Shown here: in pieces, positions 46,960 through 64,000 of the stretch
How positions within the stretch are numbered: position 1 is the stretch's first letter
Layout: every line of letters starts with the position of its first letter
Assembly (NCBI RefSeq): GCF_009914755.1
Contig: NC_060941.1
DNA from: the human T2T-CHM13v2.0 reference genome, Homo sapiens
Length of the DNA stretch: 64,000 nucleotides
Reading direction: 5' to 3' (one strand)
Program-made: the position numbers and the translations under genes
Notes under the pieces: generated by a model
The model's input: only the letters and a program-made list of their open reading frames with translations
The model's database searches: none
Told to the model about the DNA's origin: nothing

Positions 46960-47455
46960 GCAGAGGTGGTTTTAAAACATATCTGCAGATTCTCGGACTC
47001 TCCTCTCATCAAGACAGGGAATCTGATTCCCTCCCGCCTTGCACATGGTGGCTGAACTCTAAGGAACACAGTGCCGCTGAAGTGACGCTGTGTTGCTTCT
47101 GACGCAGGTCTCACAGCACGATACAACTTCCCTCTCATTTTAGGACCTGAGCCTTTGGAGCCCTGGACTACCATGCAGGAAGCCACCAGCCACCATGCTG
47201 GAGAGATCATGTGCAGAGACCACGTAGAGAGAGGCCCAAGGAGCCCCTCCTAGTCCATCCTTGAGCTCTAAGTGTCTTCTAGTAGACGCACCAGACATGT
47301 GAGCGAGGAGGCCTTTGAGATGACTCTAGCCCCAACCACCGAGTGAGACCTGCCTATCTGAGCCCAGTCAACTGCCAGGGTCACCAGAGCTGATAATAAT
47401 CAATGATTGTTGTTTTATGTCTGTAAATTGACGTTGGTTCAGTAACAGGTGATGG
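46960..47455 (+). mobile_element. MaLR LTR (MLT1-type) relic
   Basis: gaagtgacgctgtg...ttctga and gagatgactctagcccc...gagcccagtcaac motifs typical of MLT1. Confidence 0.65.
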
Positions 47456-47489
47456 GAACATTGTTCCAACTGTGGTCTCCTCATCTCAT

Positions 47490-49652
<2,163 letters not shown>

Positions 49653-51395
49653 AAACTGGCTTTCAAATTGGGGCAGGACTCCAAGATGTCAGAATGTGGA
49701 GGTCTTTTCTCTGGAGCCATTCAGTTATCCAGAGACAATGTGTCAAATCTCCTACTGGCAGTGGGGGTGGGGAGGCAAGCAATGGGTGTAGGAGAGAGCT
49801 GGGGTGCACCTGCTGTAGGAGGAGGAAGGGGGTCCATCCTCCCCCTATACAGGCCACGTAGCCCCCCTGTTTTTAGTCCCATGCCTCATGTCCACCTTCT
49901 GTAGATTTGGATCTCCCCGTCCTCAGCACCTAGAGTTCTACAAGACCACCCCGCTTCTGCTTATTAGTTTCCTCATCTGCAGGGAGCCAGGTAGTGATCC
50001 CCAGCTCTGCCATGTCAGCTCCTGCTCCTCTCCCTTTTCCAGATATTTGTGGGACTCTCTCATCCATGTTCATCTCTTCCCTCATTTTATCTCCTTATGA
50101 GTTTATATATTCTTGATTCCTTTATTGCCATTTCAGTGGAGTTTTGGAAGGGGGAAGTGAGCAATCTGCCATGCTTACTCAGAAGTGGGCTGCACTTTAA
50201 AAACAAAGTTGGCTGCATTGCTCAAAGATGAGGGAGGGTTTAGGAAAACCAATTCGTGTGCAAGACATGCTTTCTCATGCATATATGTACGCAGGCCTTA
50301 CATGATGAAACTCCTGTGAGAGGGGCCAGCCTGTGAAATTCCCAGATAGTGAACATAAGCCCCACCTCACTGAATTGCTATGAGGACTAAATGAGCTAAC
50401 ACAAGTAAAATGCTTAGCACAGGGCCTGGCATTTGAATTCTCAAGGGATAGCAGTGATGATTATTCGGATAGTTTTGGGATGAACTTGACTAAGGGCTCT
50501 GGGGATTTAGGGGAACTTCTCTCTGTCCTCTTCTGTGGCCTGGAGGAGGAAGCACCTTCTGCAGGCTTCTCCTGGGAACCCCACCAGCTTGTGGATCTCA
50601 GAGCTCTTTGGAGTTTGAGAAGGCAATGGGGAAATCCCTCTGGTCTTGGCCACTCTGACACTGCATAATTGGCATAAATGGGGCATCCCAGCTCAGCCTG
50701 GAATGTTCTCGTTTCTTGGCATGAACCTGTCTTTTTGCAAACACAGTCACTTTGCGTCTGTCCCATCAGCCGTCTTCCAAAGGTTTCTTCTACCCAGTCC
50801 CGCCATACACATCGTTTTCAATATTAAAGTCACTCTTTAATTTGTAACAAAGAGATATGGGTTCTAGTTCTGTCTTTGCCACCAATTGCCTAGAAATAGC
50901 TCAAACTTGGGATCTAGATTTGATCTGCCCGGTTTGAATCCCGACTTTGCATCTGCCATCGATGAGCCGTGCGTGTCCCACGGGCAAACACTCAGTCCTC
51001 TATGGGCCTTGGTTTAATGAAGATAATAATAGTTCCTAACTCATAGAGCTATCATGGGGCTGAAAGAAATAATCCATGTAAAGCGCCCAGCCTGGTACTC
51101 AGAGTTCAGATAAAGCTGGCTGTAAGGATTACTATCTTTCCCAATTTAAACTCTCCCGCAAACTTCGTAGCTCCAGGCACAACTGGAGGTGAGGACTCAG
51201 GCATATAAAGCTTTTCCAGGGGCTGAGGCAGAGGAAATGTGATCTCCTGGATTTTGTTTGTAGCTTCTACTAGACCACGTAGCAACCGAGCAACATAGCA
51301 ACGAACGAAAGCAATTCCATTTAATTCCAAGTCAAGCAACTTACTTTTTCAAAAGTATGTCATTCCTACTTGAAAAAACCAATCTTCCTGAGTAG

Positions 51396-52226
<831 letters not shown>

Positions 52227-52627
52227 TCCTTGCTTAGATTTGAAATAGGACTCCCATTTATAATTTATCATTCATAGTATTAGGCTCATCGGAAAGTATG
52301 CTTTATCCACATATTTCACAAAACTCTTTTAAAAATTAATTATGATTTCATTTTCAGTTGTTCGAACTTGGATACTTTATGTTCACTGATTCTGTCTTCC
52401 TACAGCGATTCTAGCTGATGGGTATGTCAATTCTGCTCCTCGAGCTTCCTCTGGGTTCAGAGGGCTACTCATAAATTAGTCCACAGCAATTCAGGCATAG
52501 TGGGGACAGCAGGCCACAGGCCAATTGTTCTGCAGGGGTTGCGGTTAGAACTCAAGGAAACTGCCTGAAAGCCTCCTTTGTGCCAGCTCCTGTCCAGCCT
52601 CACCCTAGCTGGAGGTGCTGATGATCC

Positions 52628-53203
52628 TAAAGAGGATCACAACATGCCACCCCCAAAATATGCTACCTCGGCAAAAGAATAATTTGAGCTATAGACAATG
52701 AAGAAACAACAGATGCAGTAAAAGTTCTCTGTCCTCCCTTATCTGCCTAAATGCAGGACCTAAATTTTGCTTTGAGGAAGATGCCCCTCTGTACCCAGAA
52801 GAAAGAGAGTGACTCTTATCACCAGTGACAGGAGTTGCATTGAGAAGAGTCTACATAAACAAACAAATGGAAGAGAGATAACTGTTCTCGTCCATTAATT
52901 TCTCCCATATATTCCTAAACACTTTCTTACAGTTTATTACCCCGGAAGCCCAAACATTCTTTTCTTTATTCAGTCACTTCTCTATAACCTATCACCCTTT
53001 GCTCAAATAGTATATAATTTCTCAAGTCTAAACACTTATTGGAGTTTTCTACTTCTTTTTGTGAAGCTCCTGTACCCATAAAACATTAACATCCGTAAAA
53101 TTTGTATCCTTTTTCTCTTGTTAATCTGTGTTCTGTCAGTTTAATTTGCAGGTCCCCAGCAATAGAACATAAGAGAATATGGGATAAAGGTTTCCTCCCC
53201 TCT
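52628..53203 (+). mobile_element. ERV1 solo LTR, MER34-like
   Basis: atgccacccccaaaatatgc...cagatgcag...atctgcctaaatgcagg start and tttcctcccct end resemble MER34-family LTRs. Confidence 0.7.
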
Positions 53204-54517
53204 AATCCCAGGTGTGGAGTTGGTCGGCGGAGGGGCAGGAGGAGGGTCAGCAGCCTTCATGCCCCTTTCCAGGAGAGCTTCTTGCAGTTGGTTCGGCTCT
53301 TGAAAGTTACTCACCTGCTTCAGCAACTGCAGCTGCTGTACCCGACAAATGGCAAAAGACAAGACACCAACCACACGAGATCCCAGTGCGCACATTACCT
53401 GCCTCATCTTGACTTTCAGGTGGCTTTATGTGCCTATGCAGTGTTGCAATGTTAATCCTCAAGGGTGAAATCCAAGCTGGTTTATCCGCAGAGCTACCAG
53501 GGCCAGTGGTGATGGTGAGCAACGAGGCACCAAATTTCTTCTCCTAAAATACAGAGGATCTGTTCAACACACTCGCAGTCACAGCACAAAAAGCTATTCT
53601 GTATTAGGTCAGCAAAGGAAACCAGTCCAAGTGCAAAGGCAATTTTAGATCTATGTCCTGTTTCCTGTGGAAACGCGAAACTAAAGGGAAGCTCACTGGT
53701 AGGACAGAGCGAGCACCCGTGAAGGTGCAGCCTTTTTTAAACTTAAGTTCTGATTCAGCGGCGGGTCCTGCGAATCCATCCTTTAACAAGCATCCCCTGC
53801 GGGAGGGGCTCTGATGCAGAGTGTAGGAGGGCTGCCTGTATTCCGAGAAACACTGGATGGTGTCTGCCACGATTCAATAGCAGACATTATTACAGTTATT
53901 GGGAGACAACAGGCTGTGCCAAATAGTAAAATAAGAATAAATATATTTACATTTCCCAGGGTTTGGCCCAATCAGACTGCTTGGCTCACATAAATGCCAG
54001 CACATAGATATTTGCAAACAATAAACATATGTTTAGCATCCTAAACTCTACTTTGAAATAAAACATTAAGGAAGTCATTATTTATGCAATTAGTAAGCCC
54101 ATAATTAACACTGAAAACAACAATAATTAACATAATTTTTACTATGCAATACTAATTTTAAAATACCTTTCACAACTCAAGGGATCAGGCAGTTGTTCAA
54201 ATTTTTGTAGAAGGCCTGGCTTACACCAGCATCCATGACCATCTTCCTTTCTTGGAAACTAGACCTTCAGATCTTATTAATGTGTTTGATAATTTCATCA
54301 TAAAGAGCAAATACAAATGCGATGTGCAGACATACTCTGCCATAGTGCGAAATCGTTCTTTGTAAAAGTTTGTTCAATACAAACTTTATATGAAAAAAAA
54401 TTGCCCTTCAAGAAAAAAAAAAAAAGCCCTCAAAAGTTTTTCATGGAAGCCCCTGGTATTTGCATTGGGAAATATGATCCAGTTGAAACATATATTTTTA
54501 ATTTTTTTGCTCATTAA

Positions 54518-56606
<2,089 letters not shown>

Positions 56607-56669
56607 TTACCACATCAAGCATATGAACCCAGAAAAATTTTTTGATGCTCTATATTCTTTTGCCAATAT

Positions 56670-56730
56670 TTTATTTAAAATAGTTCAGTCCTAGTTCTTT
56701 TCCATCTTTAGCGTAAAACAACTTTTTATT
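56670..56730 (-). terminator. ALOX15: ALOX15 poly(A) signals (AATAAA at 56725-56730 and 56670-56675)
   Basis: TTTATT twice on the + strand, about 600-660 nt downstream of the stop. Confidence 0.8.
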
Positions 56731-56765
56731 ATTGTTAAACTCAATTTGGGTTCAAAATCCTATTT

Positions 56766-56985
56766 CCAGCCTAGGCAACATAGTGAGGCCCCGTCTCCAC
56801 GAAAATAAAAAAATATTAGCTGGGCATGATGGCATGAGCCTGTAGTCCCAGCTACTCAGGAGGCTGAGGTGGGAGGATCATTTGAGCCCAGGACGCTGAG
56901 GCTGCAGTGAGCCGTGGTGATGGCACCACTGCACTCCAGCCTGGGTGTCAAAGTGAGACTCTGTCTTAACAACAACAAAAAAATC
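56766..56985 (+). mobile_element. 5'-truncated AluJ-like element inside the ALOX15 3' UTR (antisense to mRNA)
   Basis: End of left arm, linker and right arm lie between the stop codon and AATAAA. Confidence 0.9.
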
Positions 56986-57218
56986 ATATTTGATTCATAA
57001 AAGGTGTGGAGTAATATGTATTATATCCCCCTATTCTAGTCTTGAAATGATTTATATAATTGTGGCTATTTGCCATATAGATCTGAATGAAGAAAGAGGA
57101 AGAGAGAGAGGAAGGAAGATAGGAAAGGAGGAAGGAAGGAAAGAGGAGTAAGGTCCCAGGTGATGCCTCTAGAGTAAAATGTGTTCACTGGGTGCAGAGA
57201 CCATGAAAAGGTGCCCCT

Positions 57219-57309
57219 CTAGGGAGGGTGGGACATGGGAAGAGGGTGGGACTTGGGAGGGCAGGGCTATAACCGCGAAGGGGTCAGCTTGTGGCTTGGG
57301 TGATGGGGG
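57219..57309 (-). promoter_or_regulatory. ALOX15: DICE-type CU-rich translational silencing repeats in ALOX15 3' UTR
   Basis: In mRNA sense: CCCCCATCACCCAAG, CCCTGCCCTCCCAAG, CCCACCCTCTTCCCATG and CCCACCCTCCCTAG, similar to the rabbit DICE unit CCCCRCCCUCUUCCCCAAG bound by hnRNP K/E1. Confidence 0.85.
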
Positions 57310-57335
57310 CTGAAATAACCAAAGGGTGGCGACGC

Positions 57336-57515
57336 TTAGATGGCCACACTGTTTTCCACCACGCTGGGCCGCAGGTACTCGTAGGGCATGTCCAGCTTTG
57401 CATTCCGGATCTCAATTTCCTTATCCAGGGCAGCCAGCTCCTCCCTGAACTTCTTCAGCACAGCCTTAGGCTCAGGGCCCGAAAAATACTCCTCCTCATG
57501 CTGGCCCACAGCCAC
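57336..57515 (-). CDS. ALOX15: Arachidonate 15-lipoxygenase exon 14 (aa 604-662, stop)
   Basis: cccag|GTG, VAVGQHEEEYF...PYEYLRPSVVENSVAI*; C-terminal Ile is an iron ligand. Confidence 0.98.
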   Translation of the reverse strand: MAVGQHEEEYFSGPEPKAVLKKFREELAALDKEIEIRNAKLDMPYEYLRPSVVENSVAI

Positions 57516-57624
57516 CTGGGAGGGAGAGGAAAAGGTGGCTGAGAGCCTTATGACCCCCAGTCTGGGATGCCACACGTCCCCACAGCTGCCTCCTTCCTTA
57601 GGGCCCTGGGCACTCAGCTCTCAC

Positions 57625-57792
57625 CATAACGGGCTGGCGTCTGCCCAGCTGCCAAGTGATGGACATCTGGAGAGAAGCCTGGTGGAAGTTGGGCAGTGTC
57701 GCCATCACTGTCTCCAGCGTTGCATCCTTGGTGGTTGGCGGGGGCAGCCGCATCGTGCAGGGTGCATTAGGCACCCAAGAGTACCAGTCCAG
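57625..57792 (-). CDS. ALOX15: ALOX15 exon 13 (aa 548-603)
   Basis: ccttag|[22 protein letters not shown]...RRQPVM, |gtgaga; 168 nt. Confidence 0.97.
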
Positions 57793-57916
57793 CTAAGGAA
57801 GGGCAGGGATCCAGAGTCAGTGCCTACCAAGCACGCGAGCCCCGTGGTCCACCTGCACACAGACCCCTCCCTCACTCCAGGCCCCAAATTCCCAGCTGCC
57901 CATCTCTGGTAAGTAC

Positions 57917-58017
57917 CTGGCCCAGGTGCACAGAGGCGTGTTGGCCGGTGCAGGTGAAGATACACATGGTGACAAAGTGGCAAACCTGGTCCCGAGCCTG
58001 TAAAGAGACAGGAAACC
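57917..58017 (-). CDS. ALOX15: ALOX15 exon 12 (His540/His544 iron ligands)
   Basis: ttgcag|GG, GFPVSLQ...[15 protein letters not shown], |gtactt; 101 nt. Confidence 0.97.
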
Positions 58018-58596
58018 CTGCAAGGGGTGAAGAGAGTTAGAAGCTGCGAAGGCAGGAGTAGGGCAGCGCTCAGAGGAAGAGGCCAAGAGAGGAGAACAAG
58101 GGCGAGAAAGAGCGGCAGGAATGCTCAGTTAACTCTTACAGGAATTACCATGACAGCAGGTTGGGGTGGGGGAGTGGGGAGCTCTGCCGGGAGGGTCCCA
58201 CTCAGTGGGGTGCTGCTGCTGACTCACACTGGCTCGCAAGAGTCAGTCCATGACGTTAGGTGTTTAGCAAGCTGGTCAGCATCACCTTGGTAGTCACAGT
58301 AAAAATATTTATACCATGGAAATGTGCAAAAGCTACAAATCAGGACGGTTCTTCCCGAGAGTCAGTTGTTAAACATTTATGAGCAGCCACTGGTCCCGCT
58401 GCATCTGGCACCTAGAGGTTCTCAGTGTGTAGGACGGGGACCTGTCTCTAGGTGACAGGGAGTGGAATCTGAGAAGGCCTCTGGAGTTCTCATAGGTGTT
58501 GAAAATGCTTCTGGGAGATTTCACAGAAGCACAGGGGATTCTGGGAAGATCTCTTGGGCTTTGTGTCTGAGATCTCAGGGCAGGGGCTCCTCTTAC

Positions 58597-58718
58597 CTCG
58601 GTCCTGGGCCCCTTGCAGCCCGATTTCAGTGATCTCTCGACACCAGGTCTGCAGCTCTGGGTCGTCTTTCACAGCCACGTCTGTCTTATAGTGGAGACTC
58701 ACGATTCCTTCCACATAC
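58597..58718 (-). CDS. ALOX15: ALOX15 exon 11
   Basis: tggtag|[42 protein letters not shown]|gtaaga; 122 nt. Confidence 0.97.
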
Positions 58719-58881
58719 CTACCAACCAACGGAGCAGGGCCAGGGAGCTGAAGCCAGCTCTGCCCCTGCTCACATGGCCAGGTCAGGGCCCCAGGCCCCC
58801 AACCAGACGCAGACCTCCTGCTCTCCTACATGTCTTCTCCACCCCCACTTGCACCCCCACTGGCCTTCCCGCTTGCCTCAC

Positions 58882-59051
58882 CGATAGATGATTTCCCAGA
58901 GCCGCAGCGCATCTTGGGCATAGAAGGAAGACTTCACTCCCAGGAGCCCCCGGTCGGCCAAGTCATCAGGGGGACAGAAGGAGCTGTAGGTTAGGAAGGC
59001 TCCAGCTTGCTTGAGCAGCTGCACGTGGCCTCCCCCACCAGTGCTCATTAT
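58882..59051 (-). CDS. ALOX15: ALOX15 exon 10 (starts Ile417-Met418)
   Basis: tctcag|[16 protein letters not shown]...[15 protein letters not shown]|gtgagg; 170 nt. Confidence 0.97.
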
Positions 59052-59149
59052 CTGAGAAGTGAGGGTGAGCAGGGTCAGGCGAATCGACCTGCCCTGAATC
59101 CAGAGCTGGAAAAAAGACAGACCCAGAATCTCCCTTTCTCTTCCCATAC

Positions 59150-59236
59150 CTGGTCGAAAATTCCCATGTCAGAGACCAGCCCAGTCCTGGCCCGGACGTT
59201 AATTTCCAGGGTGTATCGCAGGTGGGGAATTATAAG
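59150..59236 (-). CDS. ALOX15: ALOX15 exon 9
   Basis: ctctag|[32 protein letters not shown], |gtatgg; 87 nt. Confidence 0.97.
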
Positions 59237-59384
59237 CTAGAGGGAGAAACACAGGGAAGGGCAGAGTCAGAGGAGAGCTGCAAGATCCCTGCAGGAAACA
59301 AGGGCTGACAGCAGGAAAGGCACCAGGTCTTCAGAAAAAGCACAGACGTAAAGTTCAGTGGCCTCTCAACAGTGAGTTTTCAGA

Positions 59385-59947
59385 AGTACCATTCAACCCA
59401 GCAATCCCATTACTGGATATATACCTCCCAAAATATAAATCGCCTTACTATAAACACACATGCTCACGGATGTTCATCCAGCACTACTCACAATAGCAAA
59501 GATATGGAATCAACCTAAATGCCCATCAACAATAGACCAGGTAAAGAAAATGTGGTAGACATATGCTGTGGAATACTATGCAGCCATGAAGAAGAACAAG
59601 ATCATGTTCTCTGCAGCAACATGGATGGAGCTGGAGGCCATAATCCTAAGTGGACTAACACAGGAACAGAAAGCCAAATATGGTATGTTCTCACTTATAA
59701 GTGAGAGCTAAACATTGAGTACACATGGACACAAATAAGGGAACAACAGACACCAGCATCTACTTGTGGACAGAGGGTGGAAGGAGTGAGGGGATCCAAA
59801 AACTACCTATGGGGTACCATGCTTATTACCTGGTGACAAAATAATCTGTACACCAAGCCCCATGACACACAATTTACTTACAGAACAAACCTGCCCATGT
59901 ATCCTTGAACCTAAAATTAAAGTTAAAAATAAATACATAAAAATAAA
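59385..59947 (+). mobile_element. 5'-truncated primate L1 3' end in ALOX15 intron 8
   Basis: ccagcaatcccattactgg, gcaacatggatggagctggaggcc and gttctcacttataagtg motifs plus A tail; flanked by the similar cagtgagttttcag and cactgagctttcag. Confidence 0.93.
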
Positions 59948-60018
59948 ACCACTGAGCTTTCAGTTGATTTGCATCAACTATTTCCATTCCACAAACCAGA
60001 CTTAGTGCTTTATGATAA

Positions 60019-61207
<1,189 letters not shown>

Positions 61208-61497
61208 TTAACGTTATTTCACGGGTTCCTCTTGTTGGATGGAATCCTTGGTCATTTGCATGTACTGTGCTTTACATATAAAAAGAGTAAGATTATTTTC
61301 GCCACTTTCCCAGGTGGGAGGTGCTATCCCCTTTGAAAATGCATGGCCAGCCCTGCTCATTCTCTGTTGCTCTCACATTGTCCATTCATTGTTTCTCTCT
61401 GTACCCCGAGACCCCACAGAGAGGGAGCCTCCAGAGGTCGGAACGTGCCCTGGGGCAGAGATAGTGGCAGGCAAGAGAGAAGGGGATAAGGAGTTAC

Positions 61498-61707
61498 CTT
61501 GAAGATAGGATGTATCGACGGCAGGCACCTCATGGTGGCCACAACAATGACCTCAGCCATCAAGTGTCCCCTCAGAAGATGAGACTGCAGCTCATGGAGC
61601 TGGAAGTCAGAGCTGCGCACCCAGCATTTGGCCAGAAGCCAGGCCATTGGGGGATCCGTAGGCAAGAAAAGGGGAGGTGGTGGGGATCCTGTGCGGGGCA
61701 GCTGGAG
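61498..61707 (-). CDS. ALOX15: ALOX15 exon 8 (Phe352; His360/His365 iron ligands)
   Basis: ctccag|[30 protein letters not shown] lipoxygenase signature, AAG|gtaact; 210 nt. Confidence 0.98.
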
Positions 61708-62853
61708 CTGGAGCAGGGACAAGTGTGGGGAGAGAAGGCATGAGTGCCAGGCACTCAGCGATTCCCGCCCCCCTTGCATGTTAACCTCACCCTTCGTCCT
61801 CCAAACCTGTTCTGCTTTCCCCATCTCACTCCTGCCGCTCCCTACGGCTCCCGTTTCCTCCCCTCCCCTTCCTGCCCGCTCAGTGCATTAGCACCCTGCA
61901 AGCTGCTTTGCCTCCAGCATTCTGCAGAAACTGCTCTTCTGGTGCCTCCTCCAGCCTCCACTTCCCCTTTCAGTTCCCACAGTGTGGACAAGATTCAAAC
62001 CACCTGCTTCCTCCATCCCACACTGTTTTTTGAAAACTCATCTTTTGGCCCCACCTCTACACAAATGACTGAATCTCTTGTTCTCAGCTGCCTGCTGGAT
62101 AATTTAAGTGTCTTCCCGTTACCTCAACATTGGCCAGACAAAAATCCACCTGGGCACCCTGTTCTCTTTATCGGTGCTATTTCTGCAGGCAACTGGCCTG
62201 GCTCCCCTTTCCCCTCTCCTTGATCTCCCTCTGCACTCGCATCCACCTGTCCTCTCCATCCTGATGGTCACTACCCACATCCGAGCTCCCCTCCTCCTGG
62301 GGTCAGTGCTGGGGCATGTTGCCCCAGTCCCTATTTCTAGCATCTCCCCTCTCCAACCCACCCTAAACACCACTGCCCACACCGCGTGCCCACAGCACGT
62401 TTCATCACGGCCTTCTCCAGCTTCCCACCTCATACTCCTTAGCCTGGCTTAGTCTGGCTTCTGGTCCAACTGTCCCCTAGGAATTGCCTGACTCCTCTAC
62501 CTCAGCCTCTGCCCAGTCTGTCTTGCCCCTGAGGACCGGTCCTTCCTCTCCCTCCTGCTTGTCTGAGACCTGGCCCTCCTCCAAAGCTCGTGACACCCCA
62601 CCTCCCCAATCCCTCCTGGGCTGTCTCTGTCCTCAGGGACTTCCTCAGTCCTGGAGCTTCTGCAGACTGGCCCAGTCTGTCTCTCCAGCTACACTGCAAG
62701 GCCTTCGAATAGAGACTTGGCGCATTTCCTCCTTTCGCGTCTCCCAGGTGCCTTAGCCCAGTGCCTTTGCAGATGGTGCTCAGTAAATTTTGATAAGGGG
62801 CTGAGCTTTCTCAAAAGCCAGAGACTGGGAGCAGAAATCCTGAGTCCTCTCAC

Positions 62854-62997
62854 CTGGATGACCATGGGCAAGAGTTTCCCATCAGGCTGCAATTTCAGCA
62901 TGACTAGAGGGGCAGCCAGGTGCTGCTGGCTACAGAGAATGACGTTGGCCTTGATCCCATCCAGCAGGGAGAAGTCAGCTTCGAACAGTGTGCCTCC
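62854..62997 (-). CDS. ALOX15: ALOX15 exon 7
   Basis: acccag|[51 protein letters not shown], |gtgaga; 144 nt. Confidence 0.97.
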
Positions 62998-63147
62998 CTG
63001 GGTGGGGGAAGAGGTCAAGGGCTGCTATCAACATAAAGCATCTTCTTCCTACTCGGATTCCTCCAAGGGGGAAGAGAGTGGAGCTAACTCGTCTCCATCA
63101 TCTACTTTATACCAGGTAATGGATCATGTGCTTACTTCCTCATATCA

Positions 63148-63590
63148 TTTTTTTTTTTAATCAGGGTCTTACCGTGCTGCCCAGGCTGGAGTGCGTGGCA
63201 GGATCACCACGGCTCACTGCAGCCTTGACTTCCTTGGGCCCAGGTGATCCTCCCACCTCAGCCTCCCAAGTAGCTGGGACTACAGGTGCATGCCACTACA
63301 CCAAAGATTACAGGTGATAATTTTTGTACTTTTGTAGAGACAGGGTTTCACCACGTTGCCTAGGCTGGTCTCCAACTCCTGGGCTCAGGTGATCCTCCTG
63401 CAGCCTCCCAAAGTGCTGGGATTACAGGTGTGAGTCACTGTGCTCAGCCTTATAATTTTTATACCTAGTTGAATGAGCCTCAATTTTACAGAAGAGGAAA
63501 CAGATAATCAGAGAGGTTGGGTATTTTGCCTGAGGTCACACAGCTTACAAATAGCAGAACCAGGATTCACATCCAAGCCTATCTGCCCTT
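63148..63590 (-). mobile_element. AluJ-like (63148-63449) followed by MIR (~63470-63590)
   Basis: Alu consensus; MIR core attttacagaagaggaaac...gcctgaggtcacacagc. Confidence 0.85.
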
Positions 63591-63955
63591 AATCCCATGA
63601 ATTTCCTCTCTGTTGTTCCATATCGCCTCCTGATGAACAGCCACAGCACTCTGATCCTGATTCTCTTACTCTGCACACTCCCCGAATCCCTAGCACCAGG
63701 GGCCAGTCACATTTCTTCATTTGACCCTGTTTCTATCAACCATTCCACCTTGCACGCCCTCCCTCCGCAGCTACTCTCGTGTAGGAAGGAGGCCGAGCAG
63801 CTGAACTTCTCCAGGGTCCCTCAGGACCTCTCCTGCAGAATCCGTCCTTGCTGGCTGGCAGCAAGCCAGGCCCACAGTGGGTCCCGCAGCAGCATCATTG
63901 GCACTAGGCCACCCCACTTCACTGCTGAGCTTCCTCAGGGCTCTGATGTCCATAC

Positions 63956-64000
63956 CTCCAGCTCCTTCTCCAGCTGGGCCTGCAGTTCCTCCATGCCTGG
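63956..64000 (-). CDS. ALOX15: ALOX15 exon 6, 3' part (truncated by window edge)
   Basis: PGMEELQAQLEKELE then |gtatgg donor, in frame with exon 7. Confidence 0.93.

Overview
Human-like (hominid) genomic DNA, recognisable as the 17p13.2 SMTNL2-ALOX15 locus. The + strand carries a complete SMTNL2 gene: CpG-island promoter and 8 coding exons from 10483 to 33222, which I spliced by hand to 1386 nt (461 aa plus stop), all introns GT-AG. A probable upstream non-coding first exon ends at 9975. The - strand carries the 3' two-thirds of ALOX15 (part of exon 6 through exon 14, codons 255-662), with CU-rich DICE repeats and AATAAA signals in its 3' UTR. The two genes converge across about 22 kb of Alu-dense intergenic DNA that also holds a U6 retropseudogene, LTR, L1 and L2 relics, a ~310-bp polypurine tract and an AT-rich block with orphan splice signals. 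A compact 3'-truncated SVA lies about 5 kb upstream of SMTNL2, and a 40-bp VNTR sits in intron 5. Nearly all other ORFs in the supplied track are artefacts of GC-rich, Alu or microsatellite sequence. I see no evidence of a wholly new multi-gene system. The best leads are regulatory hypotheses: a uORF whose stop overlaps the start codon of the short SMTNL2 isoform, a symmetric exon carrying the whole JNK docking/phosphorylation module, a possible stop-free circRNA from exons 5-7, a CArG/MCAT/MEF2-like intronic enhancer, an orphan minus-strand exon, and a probable evolutionary inversion breakpoint. Repeat boundaries and subfamily names were judged by eye and are approximate.
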